The notes under the pieces were generated by a model that had not been told where the DNA came from, did not search any database, and was given only the letters and a program-made list of their open reading frames with translations. DNA of 64,000 nucleotides from a virus. A program made the position numbers and the translations under genes. The stretch lies in IMG/VR virus record IMGVR_UViG_3300010392_005355, positions 1 to 64,000 of that record; one strand, given 5' to 3'. Position 1 is the first letter of the stretch. Each line of letters opens with the position of its first letter. Of the stretch, positions 18,269 to 27,548 are shown piece after piece.

Positions 18269-18774
18269 GCGCCTGGACGCCAGCCGAGGACCGGCTTCTC
18301 AAAAACGAGTGGATCGCAGGAAAGCGTGCGCTGGATGTGATGGCATCAATCAATCGGGAGTTCGGGACCAACCGTAGCCGGAACTCCGTCCTGGGGAGGG
18401 TTCATCGTCTCGGCCTGTCTGGCCGCGCGAAGACGCCCACACGCCCCGTTCGGGTGAAACCGCCCCGCAAGCCGCGACAAACCAACCGCCAGCGCCCGAA
18501 AGCGGCCCAGTCCTTGCCACCGGCCCCAAAACCACAAAAGCCGGCTCCCGAGCCAATCGCTGCCGACATGCTGCTGGTAGAGATCACGGAGCTGACCCGG
18601 AACCAATGCCGATGGCCGGTGGATGAGCGCACCGATGGCACGCACCTGTTCTGTGGCCTGAGGCAAGCGGAGGGGGCGTCATATTGCGCCGGTCATCTGG
18701 CCAAAAGCATATCCCCCCTCTCTGAATCGACCTTGAAGCGTGCACCCGTCAGCATGAAGAAGGCCATGTCATGA
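18265..18774 (+). CDS. gcrA: GcrA-family cell-cycle regulator homolog
   Basis: WTPAEDRLLK...SRNSVLGRVHRLGLSGR; LTRNQCRWPV...FCG...YCAGH. Confidence 0.9.
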   Translation: MSAWTPAEDRLLKNEWIAGKRALDVMASINREFGTNRSRNSVLGRVHRLGLSGRAKTPTRPVRVKPPRKPRQTNRQRPKAAQSLPPAPKPQKPAPEPIAADMLLVEITELTRNQCRWPVDERTDGTHLFCGLRQAEGASYCAGHLAKSISPLSESTLKRAPVSMKKAMS

Positions 18775-18986
18775 AGAAGCCAGCCCCTGTGGATGTGAGA
18801 AGCCGCAAGGCCATGATCCAGCGTGAGGAGCGTCTTGCCTTCAAGATACGGGCCTTCTGGAATGCGCGAAATTACGAGGTCACGACCCGGATTGAAGACG
18901 CCGGTTTCAGCAACAAGGGCGGGCAGGCCCTCGTGATGGTTCGTTCAGACATGATCAATGGCCTGCCGGTTGCGAGGGTGAAGTAA
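18771..18986 (+). CDS. Hypothetical phage protein
   Basis: VRSDMINGLP C-terminal motif; overlaps. Confidence 0.6.
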   Translation: MKKPAPVDVRSRKAMIQREERLAFKIRAFWNARNYEVTTRIEDAGFSNKGGQALVMVRSDMINGLPVARVK

Positions 18987-19525
18987 TGGCAAAGCGACTG
19001 AAAAGCCGTGCCGGACGAAAACGCAGGCAGGCTGTGGCCAGAGAGCCAAGCGGCCGCGTTGCCAAGCGTGCACGTACGCCGCTTCAGGATACCAGGCCTA
19101 CGCCGGAAATCCGGAAACGCCGCGAAATACTGCTCGGCTCTCATGATGCGCAGGGGGAGCTTGAGTGCATCCTTGATGTTCTTGCGGCCCCGTCACGCCG
19201 CCTGATCACATCAAAGCAGGCCGAGGCAGGCAGGCGCTACGCCATGGCCAAGCTCGCCCTTCAGCGTTCGATAGGCATCAGCCCGGACCCGGTTACTCCA
19301 AGTCTTTCCGAGTGGATCGACAATGGCCAAACGATTGGAGATGGCGCCGATGATGGTCTGGCCGCCTTCCGGTGGCGCAAGGCGTGGCTGTGCGTTCATG
19401 ACTGCGGCGCTGATGTTAAGCGCATCATGGAGGCCGTGTGCATCGATAACCAGCCCCCAAAGACGCATCAGGTGACCAAGCTGAGGATTGGCTTGGATGC
19501 ACTGATCAGGATGTGGAGGCTGTGA
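18986..19525 (+). CDS. Putative late transcriptional activator/antiterminator
   Basis: Position before the late promoter; LITSKQAEAGRRY...LRIGLDAL pattern. Confidence 0.6.
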   Translation: MAKRLKSRAGRKRRQAVAREPSGRVAKRARTPLQDTRPTPEIRKRREILLGSHDAQGELECILDVLAAPSRRLITSKQAEAGRRYAMAKLALQRSIGISPDPVTPSLSEWIDNGQTIGDGADDGLAAFRWRKAWLCVHDCGADVKRIMEAVCIDNQPPKTHQVTKLRIGLDALIRMWRL

Positions 19526-19737
19526 TGTCGCTACCTGACGAATGCCAACCAGGCCGCAGCTTTGACGTGTACTATGGGGACGGAAACCCACATAATCGCC
19601 TTTGGCATGTCCGCGCCATTGTGGATGGTCTTGCCGTCTGTCGCACATGGAGCCGGAACAAGCAGTACTGGCGATATGATTGCTTGGAGCCCGCATATTT
19701 CCACGCCTTCAGATCTCACATCAAGTGGAGGCTGTGA
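19525..19737 (+). CDS. Hypothetical protein
   Basis: TGATG coupling. Confidence 0.5.
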   Translation: MSLPDECQPGRSFDVYYGDGNPHNRLWHVRAIVDGLAVCRTWSRNKQYWRYDCLEPAYFHAFRSHIKWRL

Positions 19738-19901
19738 TGGAAGGGTTTAAATCCAAGGGGACAGTTTACAGCTATAGCGCAAAGGAAAACACCTCTGTTT
19801 GCTTCCAGATTTCATCGCCAGAATATGTGATCCGAGACTTCAACCGCCTTCGTAGGCTGTACCCTATCCGGCACAAGATGCGCCCAGGAAGCCGCAAGTA
19901 A
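19737..19901 (+). CDS. Small hypothetical protein
   Basis: GGAGG RBS; TGATG coupling. Confidence 0.4.
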   Translation: MEGFKSKGTVYSYSAKENTSVCFQISSPEYVIRDFNRLRRLYPIRHKMRPGSRK

Positions 19902-19925
19902 TCCACAGCATCTTGATGGGATCGC

Positions 19926-19956
19926 TTGACACGCGAAATAACTCGCCCCATAAGTG
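19926..19956 (+). promoter_or_regulatory. Putative late promoter (pR'-like)
   Basis: TTGACA at 19926, 17-bp spacer, CATAAG; followed by hairpin 19982-20008. Confidence 0.6.
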
Positions 19957-19981
19957 TCCTCGAAATTCAGAATCGAAAGTT

Positions 19982-20010
19982 GCGCCCGTAGGTCACCCCT
20001 GCGGGCGCTT
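19982..20010 (+). terminator. Leader hairpin (tR'-like)
   Basis: GCGCCCGTAGG-TCACC-CCTGCGGGCGC followed by TT. Confidence 0.5.
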
Positions 20011-20014
20011 CTGA

Positions 20015-20254
20015 TTCCTGCGGCGGCGTGGATAGACACGCAGTCGAGAACCTGTGACGAGATGACGTGGCGACACCCCACCAGAAAAACGGGGCAAGCG
20101 GCGTCGGCTTGAGAGTAGGTGAGTGACGACTATCGCCCCTGTCGTGTGTCCGTATCCAGAATTTGAAGTCTGGTTGGTGCATCACGGGGAATGAGCGGCC
20201 ACTGCTCAAGAAAATCATCTCTAGCCGGTAACCAGCCCGGCCCGCAGGAAGCCA
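20015..20254 (+). ncRNA. tRNA-shaped structured RNA with ~160 nt extra arm and 3' GCCA
   Basis: Acceptor-like TTCCTGCGG/CCGCAGGAA+GCCA, D-like GCGTG-GATAGA-CACGC, T-like GCCGG-TAACCAGC-CCGGC, nested internal helices. Confidence 0.65.
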
Positions 20255-20402
20255 CCCCCCGCGCAGCGTGCTGCCGGGTCTCTGCCACTCGCGGAGCATT
20301 CGGCCCCGGCCTCTTCCCGTCTCAAACACGGGTACGCCGGGGCTATCTATTTCAGGGGATATCCATGTGCAGTCATTGCTTGGTAGAGGGAATGCTCGAC
20401 TG

Positions 20403-20597
20403 ATGGCTAGTGACCGCCCCCTCTTGGTTCACCTCCGCATTGACCAAGCCTCGATGGAGGCCGCCATCCATGACCTGGAGCGCCACTACCTGAAATACGG
20501 CGATCCCCCGCAGCCCCACATGAAAGCGGAAGCCGAGCGCAACATGGCCCGCATTGTGAACTGCATCCACCAGTCGTGCTTTGACACCGAGATCTAA
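20403..20597 (+). CDS. Small hypothetical protein
   Basis: ORF downstream of the structured leader. Confidence 0.4.
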   Translation: MASDRPLLVHLRIDQASMEAAIHDLERHYLKYGDPPQPHMKAEAERNMARIVNCIHQSCFDTEI

Positions 20598-20678
20598 CCC
20601 CCTTCACCGCCCGGCCCTGAAGCCGGCCCTCACCTTTCCTCCCTTGATAGAGGCCCTGAGCATCTGAGACGCCGGGCG

Positions 20679-21311
20679 GTGATCACTATGACCCAAAGAC
20701 CTAAACCACCAGAAACGCTATTCGATATCGAGAATATCGGAACATTCACCCCAGCCCCCGAGATTATTGACTGGGCGAGGCAGACCTTAATCAATGAGGG
20801 CGCCTCGCTTCATAATCCGGAGCATGCCCATCTTGAGCACGCAATTATCGGCGCCCTCTGGACCAATGTTCCTAATTCCAAGAATGGCCGCGTCATTCTT
20901 GCCCAAGCCGAACCTGGCGATCCGATGGCAATGGGCAAGTGGGCTAAAGCCCGTGCACGACAACAAGTCGAGCAATGGTTCGGCAATATCCCCGACTTCA
21001 TCCTGACCTTTGATGCGGGGTATGCCGCGACCTGCAGTGACATCGAGTTTTGCGCTCTTGTTGATCACGAGCTTATGCACTGTGCTCAAGCAACAGACGA
21101 GTATGGGCAGCCCAAATTCAGCAGGACCACCGGCCTTCCAATATGGGCCATGAGAGGCCACGACATAGAGGAGTTTACCTCAATCGTTCGGCGATACGGT
21201 GCTGAGGCAGCTCATGCTGATGCGTTCATACAAGCCGCAAGGCAGGGGCCGGAGATCGGCGAGGCCAGTATCGCGCGCGCATGTGGTGTTTGCCTCCCTC
21301 GCGCCGCATGA
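20679..21311 (+). CDS. Putative phage metallopeptidase
   Basis: ALVDHELMH; HDIEEFTSIVRRYG. Confidence 0.85.
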   Translation: MITMTQRPKPPETLFDIENIGTFTPAPEIIDWARQTLINEGASLHNPEHAHLEHAIIGALWTNVPNSKNGRVILAQAEPGDPMAMGKWAKARARQQVEQWFGNIPDFILTFDAGYAATCSDIEFCALVDHELMHCAQATDEYGQPKFSRTTGLPIWAMRGHDIEEFTSIVRRYGAEAAHADAFIQAARQGPEIGEASIARACGVCLPRAA

Positions 21312-21338
21312 GGCTTAGACGAGGTATAGACTGAATCA

Positions 21339-21821
21339 ATGGCAGAGCAGAAGTTAACCGACTCCGAAAAGGCCTTTATCGTCCAGCAGCTGGCCTGCTT
21401 TGACAGCCCCCTGACTGTCGCCAAGGCGGTCAAGGATGAGTTCGGCAAGGATATCAGCCGCCAACTTGTCGAAAGCCATGATCCAACAAAGAAGGCCGGA
21501 CAATCCACAGCTAAGAAGTGGAAGGAGCTTTTCCAACAGACACGGAAGGCTTTTCTGGAGGACACTGCGGAGATCGGGATCAGCCACCGCTCTGTAAGAC
21601 TGCGGGCCATCCAGCGCATGGCCGACAAGGCTGAAAGCATGGGTAACATGGTCCTTGCTGCATCACTTCTGGAGCAGGCCGCCAAGGAAATGGGCGAGAG
21701 CTACACTAACCGCCGCCTACACGAGCACTCCGGTAAGGATGGCGGCCCCATCCATACAGAGAACCGCACATGGCGAGACGTTCTGAGGCAGGAGGATCAG
21801 ACAGAGGGCGAGAACAGCTAA
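21339..21821 (+). CDS. Terminase small subunit (DUF2280 type)
   Basis: FIVQQLACFDSP...HDPTK...LEQAAKE; EHSGKDGGPI. Confidence 0.85.
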   Translation: MAEQKLTDSEKAFIVQQLACFDSPLTVAKAVKDEFGKDISRQLVESHDPTKKAGQSTAKKWKELFQQTRKAFLEDTAEIGISHRSVRLRAIQRMADKAESMGNMVLAASLLEQAAKEMGESYTNRRLHEHSGKDGGPIHTENRTWRDVLRQEDQTEGENS

Positions 21822-23224
21822 AAGGCAGCACCTACCTTACCAACCCGAACCTGTGGGATTTCTGGGAGGAAGTCTTTCTGGGCGGTATTGATACGGCTGT
21901 TTTGCATGGCGGTCGTTCCAGCTCAAAAACGCGGGACACGGCCTGTCAGCTGGTCCGCCTGGTCAACCATGTTCGTGTGAAGATGAGGGTGCTCTGCATC
22001 CGGCGCTTCCAGAACCGCATTCAGGACTCAGTCTACACAGAGCTGAAATGGGCTATTGGGCACCTTGGCTTGAAGGATGAGTTCGAGGTCCAGAAGACCA
22101 CAATCATTCACCGGGCAACCGGATCTGAGTTCCTGTTCTACGGCATCGAACGGAACCTCGAAGAGATCAAGGGCATGTCCGATGTGGACATCCTCTGGAT
22201 CGAGGAAGCGGAAAAGCTCACTGAAGACCAGTGGATGGTGATCGGGCCGACGATCCGTAAGGAAGGCAGTCTGGTCATCCTGCTGTTCAACCCGAAACTC
22301 GTCACCGATTACGTCTGGAAGAACTTCGTGGTGAACCCGCCGCCTCACACGGTGGTCCGGAAGATCGACTATACGGAAAACCCGTTCCTTTCCAAGAAGG
22401 CCTTGCGTGACATCGCAGCGATGCAAGAGCGCGACCCGGAGATGTTCGAGCACGTCTATGGCGGCGTTCCGCTCGGAGACAGTGAGCTCTCGATATTCAA
22501 GCGCCGCTGGCTGGACGCCTGCGTTGATGCTCACAAGGTGCTCAATCTGGAGCTGACAGGCCGGAACGTGGTCGGCTTTGACCCTGCAGATGGCGGGGAA
22601 GACAAGGCGGCTACGGCCAGCAAGGTTGACGGCGTCTTCACGGACTCTGACGACTGGCAGACAGACAAGGACGAGCTGGTTCAGAACACCCGAAAGGTCT
22701 GGGCAAAGGCGAGGCTGATCAATGCGACGGTCTCCTACGACACAGTCGGCATCGGTTCGTTTATCGGCGGGTATGTCGATGAGCTTAACCAGGCAGAGGG
22801 CGCGAGTGTCGAGCACTACGCCTTTCATGCTGGCGGCGGCGTCATGGACCCGGATCAGCCCAGCGACGCCTTGAACGACAACAGCCCGCTCAACAAAGAC
22901 GAGTACCTGAACCTGAAAGCGCAGGCTTGGGCGAACACGGCCCGGCGCGCCATGCTGACGTTCAACGCGGTCACACGTGGCCAGTCCATCAAGCCAGAGG
23001 ATGTGCTGTCTTTCTCTTCCGAAATGGGCGAGCGCAAACTGGACGCGCTGTTCACGGAGCTCTGTGTACCCTGGTGGGTTGAGAGCGAGGGCAAGAAGCG
23101 CGTGGTACCAAAGCTGAAGCTGAAGAAAGACCTCGGCGTCAAGTCGCACAACCTCGCTGATGCGGTCATCGCCGCTGACAATATCAACATCGCCAAGACC
23201 GGCTATGACTGGGATAATTTCTGA
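21770..23224 (+). CDS. terL: Terminase large subunit (PBSX type)
   Basis: HGGRSSSKT Walker A; WIEEAE Walker B; GFDPADGGED nuclease; SHNLADA. Confidence 0.93.
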   Translation: MARRSEAGGSDRGREQLKGSTYLTNPNLWDFWEEVFLGGIDTAVLHGGRSSSKTRDTACQLVRLVNHVRVKMRVLCIRRFQNRIQDSVYTELKWAIGHLGLKDEFEVQKTTIIHRATGSEFLFYGIERNLEEIKGMSDVDILWIEEAEKLTEDQWMVIGPTIRKEGSLVILLFNPKLVTDYVWKNFVVNPPPHTVVRKIDYTENPFLSKKALRDIAAMQERDPEMFEHVYGGVPLGDSELSIFKRRWLDACVDAHKVLNLELTGRNVVGFDPADGGEDKAATASKVDGVFTDSDDWQTDKDELVQNTRKVWAKARLINATVSYDTVGIGSFIGGYVDELNQAEGASVEHYAFHAGGGVMDPDQPSDALNDNSPLNKDEYLNLKAQAWANTARRAMLTFNAVTRGQSIKPEDVLSFSSEMGERKLDALFTELCVPWWVESEGKKRVVPKLKLKKDLGVKSHNLADAVIAADNINIAKTGYDWDNF

Positions 23225-25071
23225 TGAGTGATGTGACCCGGACATATGACAGCCAGCAAAACGTCATCAGTGGACTGGGCACGGCGAGAGACAAGTCCGC
23301 CACAAACACCTTCGTCTTCACCGAGATGGACGAGGCCGAAATTGACGCCATGTATCGCGGCAACTGGATGGCTGCCAAAGCGGTCGATATCCCGGCATTT
23401 GACAGTATCCGGGCATGGCGAAACTGGCAGGCCAGCAATGACCAGATCGAGGCAATTGAAGAGGAAGAGAAGCGGCTGAACCTGAAGGGCAAGGTCAAGG
23501 AAGCCTTGATCTTCGGGCGGCAGTATGGCGGCGGAGCGCTCGTCATTGGCCTGAAGGGCGACAATCCATCAGAGCCTCTCAATCTCGACGCAATCTCAAA
23601 GGGCGATCTTTCCTATGTGCACGCCTGCACCCGCTATGAGCTGACGCCCTCTGAAATGCGGCTAAATCCGGAAGACGAATGGTACGGCCAACCCGTCTAC
23701 TGGACGCTGAACACGGAGTCAGCGTTTCAGCTTAACATCCACCCGTCACGTGTGGTCGTGTTTCGTGGCAACCCTGTCAGCTCTCGCACGCGCCGCCAGA
23801 CACCATGGGGTGACAGTGTGCTGCAGAGTATCAGGGACGCTGTCGCAAACGCGGCCCGGTCATCCAGTGTCATCGCCCAGCTGCTCGAAGAGGCGAAGGT
23901 TGACGTGGTGCGGATTCCGGAACTTGCCGAAAGATGGCTCGCCTCAAAGGAAACATCCCTGCGCCTGGCTGACCGTTTTACGGACGCCATGACGATCAAG
24001 TCGATCACGAACGCCCTTATTCTCGACGGCAAGGACGAATATGACCAGAAGCAGCTGAGCTTTGCCCAGCTTCCGGAAGTGCTGCAGCAATACATGGTGA
24101 TCGTCTGCGGAGCGGCTGACGTTCCTGCGACCCGGTTCCTCAGTCAGTCTCCTGCCGGCATGAACGCCACAGGCGAGAGCGACCTCAAGAACTACTATGA
24201 CCGCCTGGGAGCTGACCAGGAGCTGACCCTTACACCAACGCTTGCCCCGCTGGATGAAGTGCTGATCCGGTCTGCTACGGGCGAACGTGACAAGTCCATC
24301 CACTATGCGTGGGCCCCATTGTTCCAGAAGGACGCCAAGGAACTGGCGGAGATCGAAGAGAAGCGCGCGAACACGTTTGGCAAGATCGCGGCGACTGGAT
24401 TGATCAATGACGGCGTGCTCGCCAAGGCGCTTGAAAACGCCATGATCGAGTCCGGGCAGTATCCGGGCATCGAGAACGCAATTGAAGAGTTCGGCTCTAC
24501 CACAGAGGGGTTTGACCCTTCAGCGGGCGACCCGAACGATCCTGAGCAGAACCCGGAGCCGGAGATTGACCCGGAAACCGGCGAGCCCGTCCAGGACGCT
24601 GCGCCGCACACGCTGTATGTTTATCGAAAGGTTCTCAACGCAAAAGCACTTGTGGCGTGGGCTAAGCGCAATGGGTTCAAGTCCACCCTTAAGGCCAGTG
24701 ACATGCATGTCACCATCGCCTTCAGCCGCAAACCTGTCGACTGGATTAAGGCGGGCACAACTTGGGCGAGCGATGAAGACGGGAACCTGACCATCAAGCC
24801 GGGCGGACCCCGTATTGTGGAGCCTCTGGGCCCGAAAGGTGCGGTTGTCCTTCACTTTGCCAGCAATGACCTCGTCTGGCGGCACGAGGATATCCGGAGA
24901 AGTACCGGCGCGAGCTGGGATTGGGACGATTACCAGCCACACATCACGATTACCTATGAGGGCGCCGATGACGTCGATCTCAGCCAGATCAAGCCATTTT
25001 CAGGCAAGATCGAACTCGGCCCTGAGGTGTTCGAAGAGGTCGTTGAAGACTGGGAGAAGGGAAAAGGGTGA
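23224..25071 (+). CDS. DUF1073 portal protein with C-terminal 2H phosphoesterase (Acb1-like) domain
   Basis: VDIPAFD, YGGG, IHPSRV, GMNATGESD portal motifs; acidic linker; HVTIAFS and YQPHITITY HxT motifs. Confidence 0.88.
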   Translation: MSDVTRTYDSQQNVISGLGTARDKSATNTFVFTEMDEAEIDAMYRGNWMAAKAVDIPAFDSIRAWRNWQASNDQIEAIEEEEKRLNLKGKVKEALIFGRQYGGGALVIGLKGDNPSEPLNLDAISKGDLSYVHACTRYELTPSEMRLNPEDEWYGQPVYWTLNTESAFQLNIHPSRVVVFRGNPVSSRTRRQTPWGDSVLQSIRDAVANAARSSSVIAQLLEEAKVDVVRIPELAERWLASKETSLRLADRFTDAMTIKSITNALILDGKDEYDQKQLSFAQLPEVLQQYMVIVCGAADVPATRFLSQSPAGMNATGESDLKNYYDRLGADQELTLTPTLAPLDEVLIRSATGERDKSIHYAWAPLFQKDAKELAEIEEKRANTFGKIAATGLINDGVLAKALENAMIESGQYPGIENAIEEFGSTTEGFDPSAGDPNDPEQNPEPEIDPETGEPVQDAAPHTLYVYRKVLNAKALVAWAKRNGFKSTLKASDMHVTIAFSRKPVDWIKAGTTWASDEDGNLTIKPGGPRIVEPLGPKGAVVLHFASNDLVWRHEDIRRSTGASWDWDDYQPHITITYEGADDVDLSQIKPFSGKIELGPEVFEEVVEDWEKGKG

Positions 25072-26822
25072 CCTATGATCTCCGCCAGCTTGCCCGTCAG
25101 GCTGGTCTTCGCCGCAATGTGACGCTGCGGCCCATCGAGATCACCGGCGCGCTCAAGCGCTCGCTCTATGGGCTCTGCGTCAGGCCCGTGCAGGCTTGGG
25201 AGCAAGAGGTCAGAGAGCGCATCCTGCCCGCATATGGCAGAGCCCTATCATCGCTGACGCAGGACGATGAGTCCGATGACATAGAGCAGATCATCAAAAT
25301 TTCAGAGGCACTGGTTGAGGGCCGCACGATACAGGTCAGCGCCGAGGTCGAGGATTGGCTGAAGACCGCTACGAAATGGCATGAAAAGCGCTGGGCCGAC
25401 TCCATCAGGGCCGGAGCGGGCGTCGACGTGTTCCCGTTCATCAACCGCACTGAGAGCCTTCCAAAGGTCAATATCTTCCAGAAGCAGATCAGCGGGCTGA
25501 TCAAGGATATCGATGCCACGGCCCGCAAGGATATAGAGCAGGCCATCTGGCGCGGGCTCACGGAGCAGACGCCCCGCAAGGAAATGGGCAAACAGATTGC
25601 TGAGCGCCTGGGCATCCAGCGCCGCCGCGCCAACCGGATCGCTGTTGATCAGGCCCAGAAGCTGAATGGTGAACTCACCCGCCTTCGCATGGGCGAGGCA
25701 GGCCTCAAGAAGTACAAGTGGCGACACTCCGGAAAGGTCAATTACCGCAAGGAGCACAAGGCCCGGAACGACAAGGTGTACGAGCTGGGCAAGCCTGCGG
25801 GGGATCAACCCGGGATGAAAATTTTCTGCGCGTGCGTGGCGATGCCAATCATTGACGTGCAGGAAGTCGAGGCCGTTGCAGAAAACCCATATGTGGGACT
25901 TTCGCCAAAGGATCTGGATGAGCGACTTTCCAGCACCTTTGTGGAGAACAAGTTGTCGCCGGAGCGAAAGGTTGGGATCGCTGCCGAGATAATATCAACA
26001 GGCAAGCTGACCAAGACGGCCTTGTCATTCCATAGGCCGAAATTCCTGCAGATTGCTGTACTCAACCGGCTTGATATTCCTCCGGTGCTACGGGTTGCTC
26101 CAACGCTTCCCAAGAAGTTTGGAGACAAGCTGAGCGCGCGCATTGCAGAAATGGCCCCCAAGTTCGGCGTCAGCGAAAGCAGGGTTCGCAGCTCGGTCGG
26201 CATGGTTCGCGGAGTTCTTTTTGAGGGAATGCCAGAATCCAGCCTGGCAATGATTGAGAGCAGGTCTGCCGCCGCAGTCAACCGCGTCCTGAAGAAGTGG
26301 GCGAAAGTCAAAGACGAGATTGATTTTGAAGACGCTGTTGCCCTGAACTTCTGGACCAAGACGGGTAATGATATTCTGCAGCGCGGGATTCGTAGCGGAC
26401 GTCCGTCCCCGGCAGTTCTTGAATTCAAGGAGCAACTGCAAAGCGCCCTCGCAAAATGGAACGCATCTGGACAACCAGTCGCGGCCACCTATCGTGGCCT
26501 CGAAAGCGCAAACTATGTTGGCCGATCATGGAAGAAGGGCAGCATTATTGAACTGGATGCGTTCGAGGCAACATCCATGTCACGGTCGATTTCAGATTTC
26601 TTTGGCTTGGAACAGGCTGGCTGGAATGCCAATACTGCAATCATCGAGTATCGCGGAATCAGATACGGGCGGAGCCTAAACCCGATCTCAGAGTTTGCGG
26701 GCGAGAGCGAGGTCTTGCTTCCGCCTGGAACCCGCTTCCGGGTGATTGATATCACGAAGACCGATCCAGATCCTTTGTTCGGGACTGAAACGAAGATCGT
26801 TGTGGAGCTGCTTTATGACTGA
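25068..26822 (+). CDS. MuF/SPP1-gp7 minor head protein with C-terminal ADP-ribosyltransferase
   Basis: RANRIAVDQ...YKWRHSG...H...PG...CAC MuF; TYRG, ATS, ESEVLLPPGTRFRV R-S-E triad. Confidence 0.88.
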   Translation: MTYDLRQLARQAGLRRNVTLRPIEITGALKRSLYGLCVRPVQAWEQEVRERILPAYGRALSSLTQDDESDDIEQIIKISEALVEGRTIQVSAEVEDWLKTATKWHEKRWADSIRAGAGVDVFPFINRTESLPKVNIFQKQISGLIKDIDATARKDIEQAIWRGLTEQTPRKEMGKQIAERLGIQRRRANRIAVDQAQKLNGELTRLRMGEAGLKKYKWRHSGKVNYRKEHKARNDKVYELGKPAGDQPGMKIFCACVAMPIIDVQEVEAVAENPYVGLSPKDLDERLSSTFVENKLSPERKVGIAAEIISTGKLTKTALSFHRPKFLQIAVLNRLDIPPVLRVAPTLPKKFGDKLSARIAEMAPKFGVSESRVRSSVGMVRGVLFEGMPESSLAMIESRSAAAVNRVLKKWAKVKDEIDFEDAVALNFWTKTGNDILQRGIRSGRPSPAVLEFKEQLQSALAKWNASGQPVAATYRGLESANYVGRSWKKGSIIELDAFEATSMSRSISDFFGLEQAGWNANTAIIEYRGIRYGRSLNPISEFAGESEVLLPPGTRFRVIDITKTDPDPLFGTETKIVVELLYD

Positions 26823-26967
26823 TGATTGGAAGTCGGTTTCGGCAGAAGACAGAAAGCTGGTGAGGCCGGAACTGCTCAAATACTCATTTGCGAAAATCGA
26901 CTGGATGTGTCGCGTGTGGAATCTGCAGCTCACATATGATGAGCGAAGGATCGTGTTCGAGCTATGA
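26815..26967 (+). CDS. 50-aa protein after MuF-ART, candidate immunity protein
   Basis: GGAG RBS; overlaps the toxin stop. Confidence 0.4.
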   Translation: MTDDWKSVSAEDRKLVRPELLKYSFAKIDWMCRVWNLQLTYDERRIVFEL

Positions 26968-27242
26968 CCCTTGAGGACCTTGCCACGCTTTTGTCAAAAG
27001 GCCTGAGCGCCCAGATGACAGAGAGCAGTGGATACATGGCCCCGCTGGATGAGGCGGGCCACGCCATTGAGTACGAGGGCCATATCGATTTGAGGGCGAT
27101 GGCCACGCATATTATCCGGCATATTCCCCAGACGGATGGCGCAGAAGCCCGGACTCCGGAGCCGCTTGGTGCTGTCGAGATTGATGAAACCGGCGGCCTG
27201 CGCATCACGATTTCACCAGCGGCCCTGAAACAGATTGGGTGA
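26964..27242 (+). CDS. Hypothetical protein
   Basis: ATGA overlap. Confidence 0.5.
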   Translation: MTLEDLATLLSKGLSAQMTESSGYMAPLDEAGHAIEYEGHIDLRAMATHIIRHIPQTDGAEARTPEPLGAVEIDETGGLRITISPAALKQIG

Positions 27243-27245
27243 TAC

Positions 27246-27548
27246 ATGGAACTACTGGACACAAAAGACCTGCTCGCCAAGGCACTCAAATCTGACGAGA
27301 AGGTCGACGCTCTCGCTTCCCTTATCGCGCAGGAACAAGCTGCACCGGTCTCCATGGATCAGATTATCGATCGCATGGCAGAGGCCATCTACAATGAAGA
27401 GGGCCGTGCTCGCAGAACCCACAAGTGGGAAACGGTCATGGCCAACGCCGAAGCCGGCAAAGAGGGCGCCATGTCCAAAATCGCCAAGTATCGACGCATG
27501 GCGCGCAAGGCGCACCGGACCTATCACGCGGCGCTGGAGGGAAAGTGA
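27246..27548 (+). CDS. Hypothetical protein
   Basis: Operon position. Confidence 0.55.
   Translation: MELLDTKDLLAKALKSDEKVDALASLIAQEQAAPVSMDQIIDRMAEAIYNEEGRARRTHKWETVMANAEAGKEGAMSKIAKYRRMARKAHRTYHAALEGK

Noticed and set aside
20015-20254. Canonical tRNA, tmRNA or intron-containing tRNA
   Set aside because: T-loop is not TTCRA, no 7-nt anticodon loop, no tag ORF or group I core recognised; kept only as a tRNA-like RNA
22028-23245. 405-aa minus-strand ORF (similarly 51726..52877, 61578..62669, 6481..7476)
   Set aside because: Shadows of well-supported genes on the opposite strand
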